IMG/VR virus record: IMGVR_UViG_3300033072_000537
Location: 27,573-91,572 of that record
Direction: 5' to 3' (one strand)
DNA: 64,000 nucleotides
Origin: a virus
Lineage: Duplodnaviria; Caudoviricetes
Shown: positions 46,025-53,160 of the stretch, one piece after another
Position numbering within the stretch: position 1 is the first letter of the stretch
Layout of the letters: every line of letters starts with the position of its first letter
Translations under genes and position numbers: made by a program
The notes under the pieces: model-generated
Told to the model about the DNA's origin: nothing
Seen by the model: the letters and a program-made list of their open reading frames with translations, nothing else
The model's database searches: none

Positions 46025-47084
46025 AGCGTACGTCCGTCAGCATCAGCGCAAGCTGAAATCAGGGAAAGTTGTCGAGGTTGTTGCCCACAACGACAACCGG
46101 ACGGCAGTTGCTGTGACTCGGAGAAAGCAGGTATTGTTTGATCGGCATATTGAGGCGATGAAACAGTCCTATCTGTCAGGAGAGACTGTGAAGCAAATTG
46201 CCTCACGGGTCGGCATCAATGAGATTACAGCCAGGTCTTGGCTGATCGACGCTGGCGTATATGAGCACCAACGAGGCAGGCTTTCTCGTGAGCAGGAAAG
46301 GTCTATTCTCGAGTCCTACCTGTCGGGTGATTCTCTCGGTGAAATCGCGACGAGGCATGGAATAGATCGGACAACTGTCTCGCGAATTGCGCAGCGGAAT
46401 GGTGCGCTTCGGTCAAAGTCGGAATCGCAGTCTGTTCGTGCTGCGCGCGACGGCGTTGGTCTTGATCAGTTTGGAAAAAAAGGAGCCTTTCACTCCGCGA
46501 AGATGAATCTGTGGGTGCCAACGGACAGTCTCTACGAGTACGCCAGGATGGAGCAGCTCGACGCAGATGAAAGTGTCGTGTCTTGGAGGCGGTCTAATGC
46601 GCGCATCAAGTACGAGTTTGAAGGAATACAGCGGACCTACGTTCCTGACTTAGAAGTCATTCTCGTCAGTGGTCGTGTTCGAATCGAAGAAATAAAGCCA
46701 AACAAATTCGCCTTGTCGCCGCTCAATCTGGCAAAGTTCTCTGCCGGTCGTAAGTTTGCCAGTGACAACGGTTACGAGTTCAAGGTCGTTACGGAGGACG
46801 ATATTGGCCGATCAGCAATTGACAGGGCGGCCGGATCGACGGTTACGAGCATACCTGAGTATGAGCGTAAGCGTAGGCGGGTCGAGGCTTCGCAAAGGGT
46901 TGTAGCCAAGATGACCCCAGATCAAAAATCAGAGTATTTGAAGAAGGCCAAAGAGCGGGAAAAAGCGAAACGCGATGCCATGACGCCAAATGAAAGGGCT
47001 GCGTACAATGCCAAGGCAAGGGAGAGGAGGATGCGAAAGAAAATGGCGAAATCGATGGTCGTCCTGTTCTCGAAGGCCGCATGA
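45993..47084 (+). CDS. TnsA-N-like PD-(D/E)XK endonuclease with HTHs and tag motifs at both termini
   Basis: SLYE…LD…YVPDLEV…IEEIKP…K…VVTE; KVLFFKAY N-terminus; MAKSMVVLFSKAA C-terminus. Confidence 0.8.
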   Translation: MSIETKVLFFKAYVRQHQRKLKSGKVVEVVAHNDNRTAVAVTRRKQVLFDRHIEAMKQSYLSGETVKQIASRVGINEITARSWLIDAGVYEHQRGRLSREQERSILESYLSGDSLGEIATRHGIDRTTVSRIAQRNGALRSKSESQSVRAARDGVGLDQFGKKGAFHSAKMNLWVPTDSLYEYARMEQLDADESVVSWRRSNARIKYEFEGIQRTYVPDLEVILVSGRVRIEEIKPNKFALSPLNLAKFSAGRKFASDNGYEFKVVTEDDIGRSAIDRAAGSTVTSIPEYERKRRRVEASQRVVAKMTPDQKSEYLKKAKEREKAKRDAMTPNERAAYNAKARERRMRKKMAKSMVVLFSKAA

Positions 47085-47338
47085 TGAAGCAGCAGATTGA
47101 AAACGTCCGCCGCCAGATTGGCGAGCTATCCAGCCTGGCGGAGAAGACGGACGCAGCGGAGCGGAAAATTCTCGAGTCCGCCGAGAAGCGGATCGACTGG
47201 GTGCAGTCACGCATGGGCGAATTGCGCGCCAAGGCACTGACCGATGGCGATGCCGGCAAGGAATACCAGTCGCTCGCCATGGAGCGCAGCAGGCTGAACC
47301 TGGTTATTGCTCAGGCCCGGAAGAACATCGGCGGATAA
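47081..47338 (+). CDS. Coiled-coil hypothetical protein
   Basis: ATGA overlap. Confidence 0.7.
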   Translation: MMKQQIENVRRQIGELSSLAEKTDAAERKILESAEKRIDWVQSRMGELRAKALTDGDAGKEYQSLAMERSRLNLVIAQARKNIGG

Positions 47339-47345
47339 TTCTGTC

Positions 47346-47361
47346 GTCGTGACGGCATGCT
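47346..47361 (+). promoter_or_regulatory. Late-type promoter (leaderless)
   Basis: GTCGTGAC-GG-CATGCT, 7 nt before ATG 47369. Confidence 0.75.
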
Positions 47362-47368
47362 GTAGGGC

Positions 47369-48253
47369 ATGCAAGATAGTGAACTTCTAGCCTCGATTCC
47401 TGACTTTGTCAGCTTCGACACGATGATGAAGGCTTCCCCCGTAGAAGAAGGGGGCGAGCGCTTTATCTATGTCGAGGCCAGCAAAGAGTCCCGCGACCAG
47501 CAGGGCGAGATCGTGCTGGCGAAGGCACTCAAGGACTCCGTCGATGTCTTCCGCAAATTCGGTGTGGTCGACATGGACCATAAGAGTATGCCGTCGGTCG
47601 CGAAGATGTACGGCATTACGGACCCTGAGTCTTGGATCATCGGGCAGCCCGCCGAGGTGCGGTTCAACGGCGACGTGACTTTCGTAAAGGCGCAACTCCG
47701 ACGCGGCGATACTCCGCTGGCAGAGCGCGCTAATCGCGTCTGGGATGGCTTGACCAAAGTCAGCCCACCAGATCGCTACTATGCGTCCGTTGGTGGTTCG
47801 GTGCTCGGCAGAGAAGTCCGCATTGACCCAGTCACCAAAGAGCGCGTCCCGGTCATTACCAAGACGCGCTGGAACAATCTGGCGCTCAGCCTGAACCCGG
47901 TAAATCCTGACCTGAACCCGGCGACGACTACTCCGGTCGGCACGTTCGCGAAGTCGTTGGGCGGGTTCGTTGTCGCCAAGGCGCTAACTGCCGGCTACGC
48001 CACGGATTCCGCCGCCATGACCGGCGGGCAGGCCCTTGCGACACAGTCGCTCGACCGCCGCCCCAAGAGTTATTTCGACGCGCGGCACAAAATCTCGGCC
48101 GCAATGACCTCCGGCAAGCTGAAAAATGCCGGTATGAATGAGATCATTGCTTACGCCCAAAAAGAATTCGGCATGTCGCTCGATGAGAGCGCCGAATTTT
48201 GCGAGCGCTTTCTGCGCGACATCCACGATAATCTGAAACGGAGAAAACCATGA
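47369..48253 (+). CDS. Prohead (maturation) protease
   Basis: ASKESRDQQGEIV…DMDH…IG…YASVGG…LALSLNPVNP; upstream of scaffold and capsid. Confidence 0.85.
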   Translation: MQDSELLASIPDFVSFDTMMKASPVEEGGERFIYVEASKESRDQQGEIVLAKALKDSVDVFRKFGVVDMDHKSMPSVAKMYGITDPESWIIGQPAEVRFNGDVTFVKAQLRRGDTPLAERANRVWDGLTKVSPPDRYYASVGGSVLGREVRIDPVTKERVPVITKTRWNNLALSLNPVNPDLNPATTTPVGTFAKSLGGFVVAKALTAGYATDSAAMTGGQALATQSLDRRPKSYFDARHKISAAMTSGKLKNAGMNEIIAYAQKEFGMSLDESAEFCERFLRDIHDNLKRRKP

Positions 48254-48852
48254 GCTTTGAAAAATTGCTCGAAGAACTCGACGTCATGGCAAAGGCCATG
48301 GGCGACGAGGACGACAACCAGGATGACGACAACATCCAGGCTGCTGCCGATGCTGCTGCCGATGCTGCTGGCGACCACGCCGAGCCGGATGGTGACGAAG
48401 ACGAGGACGGCAATGAGCCGATGGGCAAGTCTTTTGCCTTCACGCTGGAAGACGGCCAGGTCGTCGAGGCCATCGATGGCACCGAGCTGGTGAAGTCGCT
48501 GATTGGCCGCATGGATTCCACCGATACCATGATGACCAAGGCGCTCACACAGACTCTCGAGCTGGTCAAGTCGCAGGGCGAAATGATCAAGTCGCTGCGC
48601 GGCGAGATCAAGAAGCTGGCAGGCGAAGGCCGTGGTCGTAAAGCTGTTGTGACTGTCGCCGAAAAGGTTCCGGCAGGCCAGCAGATGACCACGTCCGAGC
48701 AGCCCGGCCTGACTACTCAGGAATTTTTCGCCAAGGCAAATGCCGCCTTTGGCGCCGGCCGTATCACCGGCCAAGAACTTACCGTGATCGATGTGTCCCT
48801 GCGCTCCGGTATGGCAGTTGACCAAGGCCTTGTTGCCAAGGTCGTCGGTTAA
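48250..48852 (+). CDS. Putative scaffolding protein
   Basis: Acidic/coiled-coil protein between protease and capsid; six xxK-S/A repeats. Confidence 0.7.
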   Translation: MSFEKLLEELDVMAKAMGDEDDNQDDDNIQAAADAAADAAGDHAEPDGDEDEDGNEPMGKSFAFTLEDGQVVEAIDGTELVKSLIGRMDSTDTMMTKALTQTLELVKSQGEMIKSLRGEIKKLAGEGRGRKAVVTVAEKVPAGQQMTTSEQPGLTTQEFFAKANAAFGAGRITGQELTVIDVSLRSGMAVDQGLVAKVVG

Positions 48853-48874
48853 TCACCCATTGGAGAAATCCTAA

Positions 48875-50389
48875 ATGAATGCTCAGACTCTGATGACCCA
48901 GTTCGCTGGGGTTAGCCCGACCAGCGGCAATAACGCTGTATTGGGCGGCTCTGTCGGCGGCTCCCTGGACGCCGTCGAAGAGCTCAAGAAGGCCTTGCAG
49001 GCCAGCGACTACCAGACCGACGTTGCTACCCTCTCCGGTGGCGGCGCTCTCGGCGTGCAGTCTCTGGATACGGCCATGAAGACCGTTGTGCAGGAGCAGG
49101 AACATTTCGTTCTGTTCAAGAAGCTCCAACAGACCAACGCAACCAACATCGTCGACGAGTACGTTCGCCAGAACTCCGTCGGCGGCTTCCTGGGTGGCTC
49201 CACCAACACCCAGATGGGCGTCGTTCGCGCTGCTCAGGGCGACTACAGCCGTGAAATCGGTCTGGTCAAGTTCCTGGCGTCTCTCCGCCAGGTCGGTTAC
49301 GTCATGAACATCGGCAAGAACATCATCGACGCGACCGCTGCTGAAGAGCGCAACGGTGCTTTGCAGCTGCTGACCGATGCCGAGTACCTGCTGTTCCACG
49401 GCAACTCCGCTGCTTGCCCGACCCAGTTCGACGGCATCTTTACCCAGCTCGACAAGGAAATTTTGGCCGGCAATATGTCCGACGACCACGTCATCGACAT
49501 GGACGGCGCCAAGCTCGACTCCGTCGATCCGTTCGTCAAGCTGCAGGCTGCTGTGAAGCGCTACGGCTCCTGGGGCACCCTGACTGACACCTTCCTGACC
49601 ACTGGTGTGCAGGGTGACATCAACATGGGCCTGGACCCGGCATTCCGCTGGAGCCCGCAGGGTAACAACACCCCGCTGATCGGCGCCCACGTCGATGCGA
49701 TCCGCCTGTCCGGTGGCCGCCTGGCTACTCAGGAAGACACCTTCCTGCACGATGGCGACTTCCCGATGGCGAAGCCGTTCGAGCTGACCTGGCCGTCTAT
49801 TGCCACCGCCAACGTGGCATTCAAGCCCGCCAGCGTGGCCGTCGATGCTTCCGGTTCCGACACCGCCTCCCGCTTCACCACTGCCCGCGCCGGTAACTAC
49901 TACTACGCTGTGGCAGCCATCGGCGGCGAAGGCCAGGGCTACACCGAGGTCGTCAAGTCCAGCCAGACCGCTGTCGCCTCCGGCAAGAAGGCCGTGCTGA
50001 CGATCACCAAGTCGTCCGCCGGCACCGAAACCGGCTATGCCATCTACCGCTCGCGTCAGAACGGCACCAACGACACCAGCGACTTCCGTCTGGTCAAGGT
50101 GATCCCGAAGGCCGCTGGCAATACCACGACCTTCACCGACCTGAACCGCGACATCCCGGGCTCTGTGTCGATCCCCTGCCTGAACATGGCTCCGGCTGCC
50201 GATGCAATCGGCTGGCGCCAGTTCCAGCCGATGACCAAGATTCCGCTGCCGTTCGGCGTCGGCGGCATGCCGGTCATCTCCTGGTTCCAGTTCTTGTTTG
50301 GTTACCTGCGTATCACCAAGCCGAAGCATCACGGCTACATCAAGAACGTGGTGCCGACCAACGCGACCTGGCAGCCGTTTGCAGCCTAA
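48875..50389 (+). CDS. Major capsid protein
   Basis: 504 aa, strongly biased codons, KKAL…GGGALGVQSLD N-arm, LFHGNS…FDGI; followed by terminator. Confidence 0.9.
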   Translation: MNAQTLMTQFAGVSPTSGNNAVLGGSVGGSLDAVEELKKALQASDYQTDVATLSGGGALGVQSLDTAMKTVVQEQEHFVLFKKLQQTNATNIVDEYVRQNSVGGFLGGSTNTQMGVVRAAQGDYSREIGLVKFLASLRQVGYVMNIGKNIIDATAAEERNGALQLLTDAEYLLFHGNSAACPTQFDGIFTQLDKEILAGNMSDDHVIDMDGAKLDSVDPFVKLQAAVKRYGSWGTLTDTFLTTGVQGDINMGLDPAFRWSPQGNNTPLIGAHVDAIRLSGGRLATQEDTFLHDGDFPMAKPFELTWPSIATANVAFKPASVAVDASGSDTASRFTTARAGNYYYAVAAIGGEGQGYTEVVKSSQTAVASGKKAVLTITKSSAGTETGYAIYRSRQNGTNDTSDFRLVKVIPKAAGNTTTFTDLNRDIPGSVSIPCLNMAPAADAIGWRQFQPMTKIPLPFGVGGMPVISWFQFLFGYLRITKPKHHGYIKNVVPTNATWQPFAA

Positions 50390-50401
50390 TCGTTGAAACA
50401 A

Positions 50402-50427
50402 ACTGGGGGCTTCGGCCCCCGGTTTTT
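50402..50427 (+). terminator. Rho-independent terminator
   Basis: GGGGGC-TTCG-GCCCCC followed by GG and T5. Confidence 0.8.
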
Positions 50428-50441
50428 CATTGAGGAAGATC

Positions 50442-50687
50442 ATGAAGAAAGTCACCTGCACACTGCCCAACGTGTCCGACGAGATCAACGGCATCAAGTT
50501 CGAGTTGGACGATGGCGTCGCCACCGCCGAGCTGGAGGACGACGTCGCTGCCCAGTTCGATGGTATCCCCGGCTACGAGATTGCCGATGCCGGCAAGAAA
50601 TCTGCCGCGAAGGGCGCCGGCAAGGGCAAGGAGCCCGAGTCGAAACCCGAAGGCGGCCAGACCCCGCCAGGCGACGACCAAAAGTAA
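50442..50687 (+). CDS. Hypothetical protein
   Basis: GAGG RBS, follows capsid gene. Confidence 0.7.
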   Translation: MKKVTCTLPNVSDEINGIKFELDDGVATAELEDDVAAQFDGIPGYEIADAGKKSAAKGAGKGKEPESKPEGGQTPPGDDQK

Positions 50688-50699
50688 TCGACTGCGCCC

Positions 50700-50745
50700 C
50701 AACAAACCCGCCACTCCGGCGGGTTTGTTGTCGTGATGCCAGACT
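50700..50745 (+). promoter_or_regulatory. Terminator hairpin abutting a late-type promoter
   Basis: CAACAAACCCGCC…GGCGGGTTTGTTG then GTCGTGAT-GC-CAGACT (50730-50745). Confidence 0.65.
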
Positions 50746-50783
50746 GAGATTTGAGCAAACATAACGAGATTTTGGAGTAGGAA

Positions 50784-51167
50784 ATGGCAAAGTTTGTGCA
50801 TTCTGACGTCCTGGACGGTGGCCTGAACGCAATCAAGAACGGGGCCACTCACATGCTGCTGATCAAGGCCTACGCCGCAGGGGATAGCTATGCGACCGTG
50901 GTCGGCAACGCCTTGGCTGACGTGACGATGGTATCGGGCGATTACACCCTGTCGTCCTCTGGCAACAATCGCGTGCTGACCACTGCGGCCGGTAAGAGCG
51001 CTACCGCTTCTGCAAACTCCGGCGCTGCTCCCAACCTGCATATCGCATTCACCGACGGTAGCGCCAAGGTGCTGTGGGTCACCGATGAAACCTCCGATCA
51101 GGTAATCACCTCCGGGAACACGGTGAACTTCCCGCAGCTCACCTATACGTCGAACCAGCCGACCTAA
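50784..51167 (+). CDS. Virion structural protein
   Basis: Beta-rich, late operon, GGAG RBS. Confidence 0.7.
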   Translation: MAKFVHSDVLDGGLNAIKNGATHMLLIKAYAAGDSYATVVGNALADVTMVSGDYTLSSSGNNRVLTTAAGKSATASANSGAAPNLHIAFTDGSAKVLWVTDETSDQVITSGNTVNFPQLTYTSNQPT

Positions 51168-51181
51168 CGGGGGGCTCTGGC

Positions 51182-51820
51182 ATGAGCGACATTGTCCTGC
51201 TGGCCGACAAGAACGGCCAGCCGCTGACGCCCGGGGAAGCGGACCAGAACCTTCAGGAGCTGGATCGTCGAACCGGGCACGGGTGGAATGACCTTGTGCA
51301 GGAGGTTGTCGTTCGTGCTGGCACGAACGCCCCGCAGCTCATGGCGTTTCGTGGTGGCATCGTCGCTCACTCGTTCGCGCCCAATACGGTTGCTGAGTGC
51401 TTCGCAAATTTTCACATGAGGCACGACTACATTCCTGGGCAGATGGTCTACCCTCATGTGCATTGGAGTGTGAACACGGCAAGCTCTGGCCGTGTCCGCT
51501 GGGGCATCGAATACACTATTGCCCAGCGTGCCGATGGTGGCACTGGGGTAGTGTTCGGGCAGCCAGAGACAAAGTTTATTGAGGTCGACGTTCCGGCTGG
51601 CAGCCAATACACGCACTTCGTCAGTGAGGCCGATGATGGACATGGGATTGATGGCGCAGGCCTTGATGTGGATGCGCTGATCCTCTGCCGCTTCTTCCGT
51701 GATGCCGAGCACCCTAATGACACCTTCCCGGACGACGTGTTTCTGCTGACCGTTGATATTCATTACCCGGCCGACGTGTTGTGCACGCCGATGCGGTTTC
51801 CACCTTTTAATCGAGCCTGA
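51182..51820 (+). CDS. Putative virion protein (fibre/decoration module)
   Basis: Position; PLTPGEADQNL N-terminal motif. Confidence 0.65.
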   Translation: MSDIVLLADKNGQPLTPGEADQNLQELDRRTGHGWNDLVQEVVVRAGTNAPQLMAFRGGIVAHSFAPNTVAECFANFHMRHDYIPGQMVYPHVHWSVNTASSGRVRWGIEYTIAQRADGGTGVVFGQPETKFIEVDVPAGSQYTHFVSEADDGHGIDGAGLDVDALILCRFFRDAEHPNDTFPDDVFLLTVDIHYPADVLCTPMRFPPFNRA

Positions 51821-51825
51821 TTCAC

Positions 51826-52764
51826 ATGGGTATCAAGCACACTTACGCGGCTACTGGCACAAACGACGGAACCAAGCAGGTATCCGTTGACCGTTGGAAC
51901 GAAGATCACAAGATCGACGCGGAACTAGACATTCCGGTTGTGTCACCTGAGCCTGCCGCGCCAGCAGGCGGCTTTCTTTCGATCTACGCCTCCAAAATCG
52001 GCGGGCGAACCATGCTCATGCAAATGGGGCCAAGCGGACTGTCGACTTCGTTGCAGCCGAATCTGGGCGGCAACAAGGTTGCGCTCTGGATGCCGCCTGG
52101 CAACGGAACGACAGTTCCCGGTGTGTTTGGAATGGCCGCGCTTACCGCTGTTGGAGCAGCTACGGCGCGCACCGTAGCCACAACCAATATGCTCACCCGC
52201 ATGACGCGACTGGCCTATGTGTCTGCTGCAACAGCCGGCTCGCTGGCTGGAGCACGCGAGGCGGCAGCAAAGTACACCACGGGGGCTGGCGCAGGCCTGG
52301 GTGGGTTTTTTGCCCGGTTTCGATTTGCGGTTTCAGACGCATCTGTAGTCACTGGTGCGCGCATGTTTGTTGGATTATCGGCAACCATCGCCGCTCCAAC
52401 TAACGTTGAGCCATCAAATCTCGCAAATTGCGTAGGCGCAGCGCAGATTTCGACATCAAACAACCTACAGATCGTTTACGGCGGCTCGTCTTCACAAACG
52501 CCAATTGATCTGGGCGCAAACTTTCCCGTGAACACCATGTCACAGGATGTTTATGAGTTGGCAATGTTTTCCCCGCCATCTGGCGGCGTCTACTATCAAG
52601 TTACGCGGCTTAATACAGGCCATACAGCGTCTGGTTTTTTGGCTGCCGCCTCTACTCCAGCAGGCTCTACATTGATGGGCATCCAGACGTGGCGAACCAA
52701 CAACGCCCAGGCGCTTGCGGTCGGTTTGGATATTTGCGGGATTTACATTGAAACGGACTACTGA
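51826..52764 (+). CDS. Putative virion protein with lectin-like beta domain
   Basis: Position, Gly/Ala/Thr-rich composition. Confidence 0.6.
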   Translation: MGIKHTYAATGTNDGTKQVSVDRWNEDHKIDAELDIPVVSPEPAAPAGGFLSIYASKIGGRTMLMQMGPSGLSTSLQPNLGGNKVALWMPPGNGTTVPGVFGMAALTAVGAATARTVATTNMLTRMTRLAYVSAATAGSLAGAREAAAKYTTGAGAGLGGFFARFRFAVSDASVVTGARMFVGLSATIAAPTNVEPSNLANCVGAAQISTSNNLQIVYGGSSSQTPIDLGANFPVNTMSQDVYELAMFSPPSGGVYYQVTRLNTGHTASGFLAAASTPAGSTLMGIQTWRTNNAQALAVGLDICGIYIETDY

Positions 52765-52766
52765 TC

Positions 52767-53153
52767 ATGTACCGGATCAACACTGCGAACGGGGATATTC
52801 ACTGCCCTGACGGGGCGATCATTCGTGTGCCTTACGAGGATGAAGGCTATGCGGCCTACTCATCGTGGGTGCAGGCCGGGAACTCGCCTGAATGCTTCGA
52901 TGGCGGCTCTGATGTGCCGACGTCCGTAACCAGATTTCAGGCGCTCGCCGCACTCGAGGCCTTCGGTATGCTGGATACCGTAGAGGCAATGATGGCGTCG
53001 CCAAGCATGCCAAAGATGGCAAGGCTGGCGTGGCAGAACGCGCTCATGTTTGAGCGAAACAGCCCCACGGCAACGAACCTGGCCGCTGCTCTCAGTCTCA
53101 GCGAACAAGCTCTTGATGACCTCTTTCGTGCGGCCGCGTCCGTCCAGGCTTGA
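52767..53153 (+). CDS. Tail-fibre-assembly-like protein
   Basis: YSSWVQAGNSP; VPTSVTRFQA…W…FERNSP…LDDLFRAA. Confidence 0.65.
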   Translation: MYRINTANGDIHCPDGAIIRVPYEDEGYAAYSSWVQAGNSPECFDGGSDVPTSVTRFQALAALEAFGMLDTVEAMMASPSMPKMARLAWQNALMFERNSPTATNLAAALSLSEQALDDLFRAAASVQA

Positions 53154-53160
53154 GGCGTAA

